The translations under genes were made by a program, and so were the position numbers. 64,000 nt of DNA from an uncultured Oscillospiraceae bacterium (GTDB lineage: Bacteria; Bacillota; Clostridia; Oscillospirales; Ruminococcaceae): NCBI GenBank assembly GCA_934465295.1, contig CAKSKU010000013.1, positions 47 through 64,046 of the forward strand. The letters are read 5' to 3'. This document shows, one piece after another, positions 1 to 7,813 of the stretch; positions within the stretch are counted from its first letter, which is position 1; every line of letters starts with the position of its first letter. The notes beneath the pieces were generated by a model, which saw nothing but the letters and a program-made list of their open reading frames with translations, did not search any database and was not told where the DNA came from.

Positions 1-14
1 TCGTTGACAGCTTT

Positions 15-46
15 ATTATATTACCACTTTTCAAGCGTTTTGTCAA
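15..46 (-). promoter_or_regulatory. sigma-A-type promoter firing leftward out of the window
   Basis: Minus strand: TTGACA (41-46), 17-nt spacer, TGgTAATAT extended -10 (18-26). The target gene lies outside the window. Confidence 0.35.
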
Positions 47-142
47 TACATTTTCCGACATTTTTTGAAATATGTTAAATCTACCCTGTTTTTTTCAATA
101 TTCAGCAATTATTTTAGCCAATTTTAGCATAGATATACATAT

Positions 143-396
143 ATAAAGAAAGCGCATACCCGAAAGGATATGCGCTCTGCTTTTTAAAGTGAACCGCCTT
201 GCCGCCATGTGCAGCATAAAACCCGCACTCAAGCAGGTGGGCAACAGCCCAACAGTTTCACGCTCCCTACGTCCGTGAACCCACACATCTAATGTGGCGG
301 GAGGTCTGCAATCCCCTGTCGGAGTCTGAATCCCTTTAATAATGTGTTGGATTATAAAAACACACTTTATCGGTCAAAGCAGTAGACTCTTTTCTT
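143..396 (-). ncRNA. candidate ~250-nt small RNA, family not recognised
   Basis: Downstream of the DUF1292 gene terminator. It has its own promoter and an intrinsic terminator (stem 151-158/170-177 followed by UUCUUUAUAU). The GC-rich body 185-335 sits in an AT-rich spacer. The only ORF is a 63-aa frame without an SD. Confidence 0.4.
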
Positions 397-403
397 TACT
401 GAT

Positions 404-432
404 ATTATATCACGCCGTTCCCGAAAAATCAA
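404..432 (-). promoter_or_regulatory. promoter of the sRNA candidate
   Basis: Minus strand: TTGATT (427-432), 17-nt spacer, TGaTATAAT (404-412). Confidence 0.5.
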
Positions 433-449
433 TAGAAATTTTCGGAAAA

Positions 450-749
450 TTATTCGTACATATCATTGAGCTTTTCAAGGAACATATTTCCGATGCGCTC
501 ATACTCTTCGTCACTGTCAATAGTAACGAGGATCTCCTCATCGTTTTCATCATATTCAGACTTGAGAACAACAAGCTCAGTATCAGCCTCGATCTCCTTT
601 GTCGGATCTTCATAATAAGGAACGAGAGCATAATAGTGGTCTTCACCTACGTCCATCTCGTCAATCTTTTCAAAAGTCTGCTCTACGCCGTCTTCATCAA
701 CGAGGGTGTAGATATCAGCACCTGAATCCATGTCAAATTCTTCAGCCAT
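450..749 (-). CDS. DUF1292 (UPF0473) family small acidic protein
   Basis: 99 aa, very acidic, with the pattern typical of DUF1292 (YYALVP...EIL). SD AAAGGAGG lies upstream of the ATG. Confidence 0.8.
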   Translation of the reverse strand: MAEEFDMDSGADIYTLVDEDGVEQTFEKIDEMDVGEDHYYALVPYYEDPTKEIEADTELVVLKSEYDENDEEILVTIDSDEEYERIGNMFLEKLNDMYE

Positions 750-806
750 TGTTTTGCCTCCTTTGTATATAGTATGTCTGCTGCAAAATCAGCACTCAAC
801 ATTCTT

Positions 807-835
807 ATTGTACTACAATGTGATCAAATTGTCAA
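807..835 (-). promoter_or_regulatory. promoter of the DUF1292 gene
   Basis: Minus strand: TTGACA (830-835), 17-nt spacer, TACAAT (807-812). Confidence 0.5.
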
Positions 836-893
836 TATGTAAAATTAATAAAAAATCAGCACAAAATATATCTAAGATTTCAGCAGAAAACTG

Positions 894-922
894 TTGACTT
901 TTACTAAACGATATGGTATATT
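894..922 (+). promoter_or_regulatory. promoter of the large non-coding unit
   Basis: TTGACT (894-899), 17-nt spacer, TGgTATATT extended -10 (914-922). Confidence 0.6.
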
Positions 923-1580
923 ATACTCAAGGAAAGAGAAAAAGGTGAAACCAAAAGGTACACCAAATACTCTGACCCAAAGCATTCAGGATAAACGGAA
1001 TGAAAGATCACATAAATCGTCAGTCGGTGCAGGATCTTCACCGGTATCCAATAAAATGAAAATAATGCTTGGAAAGGAAGGACGAGTCCAATGGAATTGA
1101 ATGAAGAGCAGTCTATCGGGAGTACCCTTTGCGGCTCGTGCATAATGACCTTTTAAGGAAAATAAAAGCGGAGTTTAAATGTAAAACATAAGATGTTTCA
1201 CTCCGATGCGATAGTGTATCGAAAACAAAAACTTAAAAGCAAAAAGCTAAGCCGCATATCTCGAAAGTTTCAGCATGGGATATACGGATTTTTTATACCC
1301 TTTTACAAAATCCCGAAGCTTCTCCAACCGAGGGGTACTCTTAGACGAAGAGAGTGTTTACGCCTTAAGGCTTTACATAAAAGGCAATAATTGTGAAAGG
1401 TGATTCCAATGGAATAAAATTTACTGACAAATTTCACAGAAAGGTTTTGAATACCGATGCAGTAAATTTCTGAAAAAGCTGATATAAGACTTATCTGAAA
1501 GAAGTGAAGTCGTATGAAAATTTTGACGAGGTACTTGTACATCTGAAAGATTGGAGTGAGACCACCGGATAATTCAGCTT

Positions 1581-1918
1581 CGCATCTATGATGCATAGGA
1601 TAAAATAAAAATAAGGAGCGATGAACTATGAAAAATCTGAAACGTCGTTTCCATGATCAAAATATCCGATAAATCCATAAGGGAGTGAGTCCAACAGGTT
1701 ACGTCAGCGATGTCCGATAGGACGGGAACTTAAAACAGGATCATCAAATGGTCAAATTCGCATCTTCGATGCACAAAATAAATTTAAGGAGCGATGAACT
1801 ATGAAAAATCTGAAGCGTCGTTTCCATGATGAAAATCTTTGATCAATACCGCAAGGGAGTGAGTCCAACAGGTTACGTCAGCGATGTCCGATAGGACGGG
1901 AACTCAAAACAAATCCAT
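1581..1918 (+). repeat. tandem duplication (~178-nt period) inside the non-coding unit
   Basis: 1581-1740 aligns with 1759-1918. The cores 1613-1660/1786-1833 and 1679-1737/1853-1911 are almost identical, and the linker between them has diverged. Confidence 0.85.
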
Positions 1919-2250
1919 AAAGAAATGAAGAGATCTACAAATGGTAATATATAGGACTTCTCAAAGATTCTGAAAAGTAGGAGTGAATTCCAATGTGCTG
2001 ATTTTCTAAAAAGCCGATTCCATCAAAAATAAAGGAGTGTCCGCATATGTGGAAGCTTGGGATAATGGATAAAGCTATCAGAAATTTCAGGAGGTAAGTC
2101 CAATGAAGCGATAAAAACTGCTCAAACTCATTGAAAGCGAGTGGTGATTATGAAAAATGTTCTCAGATTACTTGGTTTGAAGAAATTCTGAAGAAACGGA
2201 GTGAGACCACCAGAACATTTAAAGGCTTCTTGCCAACTATAAATAAATCA

Positions 2251-2281
2251 AGCAGCTGTCAGGTCGGCAGCTGCTTTTTTA
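2251..2281. terminator. intrinsic terminator, probably bidirectional
   Basis: Stem AGCAGCUG (2251-2258) / CAGCUGCU (2268-2275) followed by a T6 run. It lies 3 nt from the stop of the convergent radical SAM gene. Confidence 0.7.
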
Positions 2282-2283
2282 TA

Positions 2284-3183
2284 TCATTTTATAATTCCGT
2301 TCAGGTCAAAATCAGGCGTGTATTCTTCCTTTGCCGAGGATTTTTCCTGCATAAATCCCTTAAATCCAAGCTCTTCTGCCCTTTTCAGCACGGAATTGTA
2401 TTCAAAAGTGCTTATCCTGCGTGAAATCTCAGGAAATTCCGAGCTTCGGTAAAACGGAGTGTATTGGCTCATCAAACTCAGCAGAATATCCTCCGTCCCC
2501 CAATGCGAAGCGATCTCTTCAAGCACCGCTATCGAATCGTGACGATGACTCGGCAAAGTCAGATGACGAATTATTATCCCCTTTTTCATCAGACCGTCCT
2601 CACCGAACTCAGCCGCACCAACCTGACGAAACATCTCGTCTATCGCCGCACATACGACCTCAAAATAATCCCCTGCCGCCGAATATTTCAACGCAATTTC
2701 ATCATCATAATATTTGAGATCGGGCAAATAAATGTCAATATACCCCTCCAGCATTTTCAGCGTTTCAACCCGTTCATATCCGCCCGTGTTGTAAACTATC
2801 GGTATGTTAAGCTTCCCTTTCACACGCTCCAAAGCCGAAATTATCTGCGGAACAAAATGCGTCGGACTGACAAGATTAATGTTGTGCGCACCTTTTTCCT
2901 GCAATTCGAGAAAAATTTCGCCAAGCCGCTTCTCAGTTATCACCTGCCCGAAATTTTCGGACGAAATTTTGTAGTTCTGGCAAAATACACACTTCAGACT
3001 GCACCCCGAAAAAAATACCGTCCCCGAACCGTTCTCGCCCGATAAACAAGGCTCTTCCCACTTGTGCATATAAGCCTTAGCCGCACGAAGCTCTGCTCCC
3101 TCACCGCAGAATCCAACACCGTTAATTCGGTCAGCGCCGCATTTTCTCGGACAAAGCTCACATTTCGTAAAATCATATTTCAT
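2284..3183 (-). CDS. radical SAM protein (PflX/pyruvate formate-lyase activase-like)
   Basis: 299 aa with an N-terminal CxxxC cluster region (CELCPRKC ... CSLKCVFCQN), typical of COG1313-type radical SAM enzymes. Confidence 0.8.
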   Translation of the reverse strand: MKYDFTKCELCPRKCGADRINGVGFCGEGAELRAAKAYMHKWEEPCLSGENGSGTVFFSGCSLKCVFCQNYKISSENFGQVITEKRLGEIFLELQEKGAHNINLVSPTHFVPQIISALERVKGKLNIPIVYNTGGYERVETLKMLEGYIDIYLPDLKYYDDEIALKYSAAGDYFEVVCAAIDEMFRQVGAAEFGEDGLMKKGIIIRHLTLPSHRHDSIAVLEEIASHWGTEDILLSLMSQYTPFYRSSEFPEISRRISTFEYNSVLKRAEELGFKGFMQEKSSAKEEYTPDFDLNGIIK

Positions 3184-3247
3184 TTTAGTTGCCTCTTTTT
3201 TTAACTAATGTCAGCCCTTTAATATGCTCAATAAATTGGAATTTGTT

Positions 3248-3706
3248 CTACAATAATTTTTCTACTTCAATCAGTAACCTTATTTTCAAATCTTCCAATT
3301 CTATATCAGTAGGACGGTTCTCATCACTATACATTTTCTCCATAGGATACCACCAAACAGGACCTTTTCCATTGTTTCCGTAATTCTCTAAGTCACCGTT
3401 TGCTCTCGGGAATAAATGCCAATGAAGATGCGTATCTCCATTGCCTAACAATTCATAATTCATTTTTTCTGCACCAAAAGCGTTTGAAACTGCTTCTGCA
3501 ACAATAGACATTTCCTCCAAGAATTTCAGCTTTCGTGAATGATCTAAATAAAATAATTCTGTCTTGTGTTCTTTACAAAGAAATAACGTGTAACCTTTAA
3601 AATGCTGATTGTCACCGATAACTACATATCCCGTTTCCAATTCCTTAACGAAGTATGGGTTTGTTCCGTTGTTAATCATCTTAATTCTATCGCATATAAA
3701 GCACAT
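3248..3706 (-). CDS. HIT family hydrolase
   Basis: Histidine triad HLHWHLFPR. The start is set at MCFICDRI, behind SD GGAGGG. Confidence 0.8.
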   Translation of the reverse strand: MCFICDRIKMINNGTNPYFVKELETGYVVIGDNQHFKGYTLFLCKEHKTELFYLDHSRKLKFLEEMSIVAEAVSNAFGAEKMNYELLGNGDTHLHWHLFPRANGDLENYGNNGKGPVWWYPMEKMYSDENRPTDIELEDLKIRLLIEVEKLL

Positions 3707-3924
3707 ACACCAACCCTCCAAACCTCTATTTTTCAGCTAATTACCGCTCAACTGACGGTAAAATAATTATACCATACACCTTTTGAAAAGTCAATTCAAA
3801 CGGAAAGCGCAATGCTCCATTATCCGACCTCTGTAATTATCCCCATAAAAAACAACACCCGTTTGAGTGCTGTGATGAATAAAACTGTTCTGCAAATTGA
3901 AATTTGAAATACAAAGATATAAGG

Positions 3925-4596
3925 TTACTTGTTTACTGCATTTCCAAAATAGTAAAAGTCCTCATGCATTGCATACCAGCCGGTCAGCACTTCATGACGA
4001 ATCCCTTTGTCATCTGTGTATATTAACTGCATTTGCCCCAAATCACCCTGTGCACTCCATGTGCGGTAGAGTCTATGTTTATCCTCATATTGTGTCCAGA
4101 CTTTTTCGTGCCCGCCGAAATTCTCAAAAAAGCTATCATCTGTTACAGTTATCGGTATTACCGTATAGAGTAAATCAAGAGGTATGGTATTTAATACTTT
4201 TACAGAAATATAAGCCGAAAAATCGTCTGACCAGAGAACATCATCAAAACGGCAAAGTACAGCACAGGCTTTACCGATATCATCCGGACTTTCAGCACAG
4301 TCCCATCCGTTTAAGAACATTTGCCACGGTTCAAAAAGCGTAGTGAATGTAGCGCCTAATTCCTCGTCAAAAGGTGCTGTAACCTTGAGTATACGCTTTT
4401 CTCCGATTGTCGGAATATGATTCGTGTAAAGCCATTTTCTGTCTTTGACCGGCTGAGACAATTCTTCATGTTCGCATTCCATCCAAGCCAAGTTGTATCC
4501 AATATCATGTATACCTGCACACTCAATCATCTTTGGCTTTCTATTTTGATTATCTTTCGCAACACGAGATTTGCAACAGGAACATAAAAAATTCAT
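3925..4596 (-). CDS. hypothetical protein
   Basis: Long ORF with no motif recognised. The start is chosen at the internal ATG preceded by GGAGA. The ORF could extend to 4647. Confidence 0.5.
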   Translation of the reverse strand: MNFLCSCCKSRVAKDNQNRKPKMIECAGIHDIGYNLAWMECEHEELSQPVKDRKWLYTNHIPTIGEKRILKVTAPFDEELGATFTTLFEPWQMFLNGWDCAESPDDIGKACAVLCRFDDVLWSDDFSAYISVKVLNTIPLDLLYTVIPITVTDDSFFENFGGHEKVWTQYEDKHRLYRTWSAQGDLGQMQLIYTDDKGIRHEVLTGWYAMHEDFYYFGNAVNK

Positions 4597-4700
4597 TACA
4601 TCATCTCCATTGTAGACAAATATAGAAAATTCCAATTTACCAATCATTTCAAATAACTAAACTCATTATACCAAATTCCACCCACCATTTCAAGTTTTTC

Positions 4701-4729
4701 TTGAAAATAAACATAGCTTCTGTTATAAT
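4701..4729 (+). promoter_or_regulatory. promoter of the SDR/thrE-like genes
   Basis: TTGAAA (4701-4706), 17-nt spacer, TATAAT (4724-4729). Confidence 0.5.
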
Positions 4730-4765
4730 ATATATAAATAGTTCATCGGAAAGGACGGAATAAAT

Positions 4766-5500
4766 ATGTCAGAAACTGTTATCGTCACGGGCGCATCGAG
4801 AGGCATCGGAAAAGCCTGCGCACTCGCATTCGGAAAAAGCGGCGCAGACGTTATCGTAAACTATACAAGATCAAAGGAAAAGGCCGAGGAAGTCTGCGAG
4901 GAAATTTCCAAGCTCGGAGGAAGAGCACTCCCTTTCTGCGCAGATGTAGCCGACAGAAAAGCCGTCGATGAAATGATAGCTTTCGCCCACTCAAATTTCG
5001 GCAGTATAAGCACCCTCGTCAATAACGCAGGCATCGCCGAGCAGATAATGTTCTGCGATATCACCGAGGAAAAATGGGACAGAATGTTCGCTGTCGATGT
5101 GAAAGGCGTTTATAACTGCATACAAGCCGCCCTCCCCGATATGATACACAATAAATCGGGCAGAATAATCAATATCTCCTCAATGTGGGGCATAACGGGT
5201 GCTTCCTGCGAAGTCCACTACTCCGCCGCAAAAGCCGCCGTTATAGGTATGACAAAAGCCCTCGCAAAGGAACTCGGACCATCGGGAATTACCGTCAACG
5301 CAATCGCCCCCGGAGTTATCTCCACCGAAATGAACGGCAATATTTCCGAAGAAATAATGTCCGAACTCAAAGAAGAAACTCCGATCGGACGTATCGGCAC
5401 TCCCGAGGATATCGCCGAGACCGCCATTTTTCTCGCCTCACCCAAAGCCTCGTTCATCACGGGCGAGGTCATCTCTGTAAACGGAGGATTCGTTATCTGA
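4766..5500 (+). CDS. SDR family oxidoreductase (3-oxoacyl-ACP reductase-like)
   Basis: TGASRGIG cofactor motif, NNAG, and YSAAK catalytic motif. 244 aa. Confidence 0.85.
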   Translation: MSETVIVTGASRGIGKACALAFGKSGADVIVNYTRSKEKAEEVCEEISKLGGRALPFCADVADRKAVDEMIAFAHSNFGSISTLVNNAGIAEQIMFCDITEEKWDRMFAVDVKGVYNCIQAALPDMIHNKSGRIINISSMWGITGASCEVHYSAAKAAVIGMTKALAKELGPSGITVNAIAPGVISTEMNGNISEEIMSELKEETPIGRIGTPEDIAETAIFLASPKASFITGEVISVNGGFVI

Positions 5501-6273
5501 TGACAAGTAAAGAACTACTGTCCGTCACTTCGCAGATCGGTATGATGCTCCTCGAAAACGGTGCTGAAATCTACCGTGTCGAGGACAGCGTCGTCCGTAT
5601 CGCCGAAGCCTACGGATATAAGCAGGGCGAACGCTTCGAGATCTTCGCAATACCGCCCACAATAATCATCACCGTGCAGAGCGAAGACGGCACTCCCCTC
5701 ACTATCCAGCGAAATACCAAAACAAGAGTGAACAACCTCGACCGTGTTGACCGCCTGAATAACCTCTCACGCTATATTTGCTCGGAAAAGCCAAGCTTTG
5801 CGACCGTCAATAACTATATCTCGCAGATAAAAAAGCGCAAGACCTATCCTTTCTATGCCGTCGTCATAAGCTATGCCGTCATAGGCGCAACTTTCGCTTT
5901 GTTTTTCGGCGGCGGCTGGCGTGAATCTATCGCAGGCGGAATTATCGCCGCCATAATATGCCTTATAGAAAAAGCCGTCACACAGATCCGCCCGAGCGTA
6001 TTTTTTATGAGCCTGATCTGCTCGCTTTTTACAGCCGCAGCAGCCGTCCTATGCTATTATTTCGGTCTGACAAACGAGTACGACAGCATCATAATCGGCG
6101 CAGCCATGACCCTCGTCCCCGGCGTGACGATAACAAACTGTATGCGTGACTTTATAGCAGGCGACTTCATCGCAGGACTGTATACTCTAATAGAAGCCCT
6201 CCTCGTAGCAATGGGAATGGCAGTAGGCGCAGCATTCGCAATTTCGACCCTAACAAAATTGCTTGGAATATAA
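5500..6273 (+). CDS. threonine/serine exporter family protein (ThrE, DUF1212 part)
   Basis: The ATG overlaps the SDR stop (ATGA). The N-terminal LLENGAEIYRVEDS pattern and multiple TM segments are present. The upstream part of the 362-aa ORF is a frame artefact over the SDR gene. Confidence 0.75.
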   Translation: MTSKELLSVTSQIGMMLLENGAEIYRVEDSVVRIAEAYGYKQGERFEIFAIPPTIIITVQSEDGTPLTIQRNTKTRVNNLDRVDRLNNLSRYICSEKPSFATVNNYISQIKKRKTYPFYAVVISYAVIGATFALFFGGGWRESIAGGIIAAIICLIEKAVTQIRPSVFFMSLICSLFTAAAAVLCYYFGLTNEYDSIIIGAAMTLVPGVTITNCMRDFIAGDFIAGLYTLIEALLVAMGMAVGAAFAISTLTKLLGI

Positions 6274-6454
6274 AATTGCGAAATAACGTCGTAAAACAAT
6301 CGAATAAATCGGGACGGTAAACCCGTCCCCCTACAGATTTTTTTTGAAAAAAGCGTTTTCAAACGAAAAAATATAGATTCTTACCCACGAAAAAATAATT
6401 CCGAATTCCGAATTCATAATTCCGAATTTTAAGAACGGCGGTGTTATAACCAAA

Positions 6455-6910
6455 ATGAACATCCTGAACGACCTCGTCCTGCCTGCATTGTATAGCTTTA
6501 TCGCATCAATAGCATTCGGCATACAGTTCAATATCCGATTTCGCCATATAATAGCCGCAGCAGTCGGCGGAGTCATAAGCCAAGTCATCTTCAACGCAGC
6601 CGAACTCGGCGGCAGCAGCGAACCGCTCTGCTATTTCTTCGCCACCTGTGCAATAGCCGTCTATTCGGAATTTCTCGCAAGAAGGCTGCACGTCCCCGTA
6701 AATATGTACCTCGTCGTAGCGATCATACCGCTCGTCCCCGGAAAACTCATATACCAAGCAATGACAGCACTCATAAACGGCGAAACGCAAAGCTTCGCCG
6801 ACCAGTGTACAGCCGCATTCGCAGCCGCAGGCGCTATCGCAATGGGCATCTTCGCCATTTCCTCAATAGCAAGAGTTTTCCGTGTCGTTATACGCAAAAA
6901 AGGAATATAG
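6455..6910 (+). CDS. threonine/serine exporter family protein (ThrE C-terminal, DUF3815 part)
   Basis: 151 aa with 4-5 TM segments. This is the usual partner of the preceding gene. Confidence 0.7.
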   Translation: MNILNDLVLPALYSFIASIAFGIQFNIRFRHIIAAAVGGVISQVIFNAAELGGSSEPLCYFFATCAIAVYSEFLARRLHVPVNMYLVVAIIPLVPGKLIYQAMTALINGETQSFADQCTAAFAAAGAIAMGIFAISSIARVFRVVIRKKGI

Positions 6911-6914
6911 TATT

Positions 6915-6955
6915 AAACGCTTATCAACCGCAAAATTGATAAGCGTTTATTTTTA
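6915..6955. terminator. bidirectional intrinsic terminator
   Basis: 13-bp stem AAACGCTTATCAA / TTGATAAGCGTTT followed by a T-run, between convergent genes. Confidence 0.7.
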
Positions 6956-7039
6956 CTAAGTCGTATCGGCAAAAACTTGCTTCACGAATTTCTGACATAA
7001 ACAAAGTAAAGTGCGAACCTGCCGCAGGGCTTCCCTGCC

Positions 7040-7813
7040 TCAATTTCCGACTTCAATGCTTATCTCATTGAATTTGTCAAGAATATCATCAATGCCCGTC
7101 TGCTTCTTTTCCTCTTCGGAAAGATTCATCACAGCATTTCCCGAGTGCATCATTACCATTCTGTTGCCATATTCAACAGCGAATCGAAGATTGTGCGTTA
7201 CCATAAGCGTCGTGAGCTGCTTTTCCTTAACGATCTTATCCGTTATCTGCATAAGCGTTTCGGAAGACTTCGGGTCAAGTGCCGCCGTGTGTTCATCGAG
7301 AATGAGCATCTTTATATCGGTCATCGTCGCAATGATAAGTGCCAAAGCCTGACGCTGACCGCCGCTCAATGAACCGACCTTTACGCCCATACGGTTTTCA
7401 AGTCCCATTCCGCACTGTTCAAGCAGGGTCTTGTAATAGTCCACACGCTTTTTGTTTATAACTGGAGAAAGACCATAGGATTTGTTCTTGTTGTCGGAAA
7501 GAGCCATATTTTCAAGTATCGTAAGACTTCCGCACGTTCCCATTTTCGGGTCTTGCAAAACTCTGCCGATAAATTTTGCCCGCTTATATTCGCTCACCTT
7601 GGTGATGTCTTTTCCCTCAAAAACGACCGAGCCGCTGTCGGGCTGCATAGTTCCGCAGGCAAGGTTAAGGAGCGTCGTCTTGCCGCTGCCGTTCGAGCCG
7701 ATAACGGAAATGAAGTCACCCTTGTTCACCTTGAAGCTGAAATCGTTGAAAAGCACGTTTTCATCAACTGTACCCTTGTTGAAAACCTTAACTATGTTAT
7801 TTAGCTGAAGCAT
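7040..7813 (-). CDS. ABC transporter ATP-binding protein (COG1101 type)
   Basis: Walker A GSNGSGKTT, signature LSGGQRQ, Walker B LILDEHTAALD. Confidence 0.9.
   Translation of the reverse strand: MLQLNNIVKVFNKGTVDENVLFNDFSFKVNKGDFISVIGSNGSGKTTLLNLACGTMQPDSGSVVFEGKDITKVSEYKRAKFIGRVLQDPKMGTCGSLTILENMALSDNKNKSYGLSPVINKKRVDYYKTLLEQCGMGLENRMGVKVGSLSGGQRQALALIIATMTDIKMLILDEHTAALDPKSSETLMQITDKIVKEKQLTTLMVTHNLRFAVEYGNRMVMMHSGNAVMNLSEEEKKQTGIDDILDKFNEISIEVGN

Larger units (their letters stand above)
930..2281 (+). ncRNA. ~1.35-kb non-coding transcript unit with ~15 SD-like GGAGUGAGUCCAAUGG-type motifs (unassigned)
   Basis: Bounded by the promoter at 894-922 and the terminator at 2251-2281. The longest + strand ORFs are 65-97 aa, scattered across frames, with no domain. 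Motif copies lie near 942, 1078, 1168, 1397, 1499, 1551, 1613, 1679, 1786, 1853, 1978, 2032, 2088, 2137 and 2197. Confidence 0.55.

Noticed and set aside
143-396. Assignment of the sRNA candidate to 6S RNA or to a riboswitch
   Set aside because: I could not build the long closing stem and central bubble expected for 6S. No riboswitch core motif matched. There is also no downstream ORF before the next independent promoter. The element is left unassigned.
930-2281. Interpretation of the region as a decayed protein-coding gene, or as OLE/ROOL/GOLLD/RNase P/tmRNA
   Set aside because: Stops occur in all frames every few dozen codons, and the short ORFs lie in different frames, so one decayed gene is unlikely. 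I could not find the hallmark sequences I remember for RNase P (GAGGAAAGUCC), tmRNA (tRNA-like ends) or SRP (GGAAGCAGC). I cannot recall the ROOL, GOLLD or OLE consensus well enough to exclude them, so this needs cmscan.
5185-5499. N-terminal 105 codons of the 362-aa ORF preceding the ThrE-like gene
   Set aside because: This part is an Arg-rich out-of-frame reading across the 3' end of the SDR gene. The real start is the ATG at 5500, overlapping the SDR stop.
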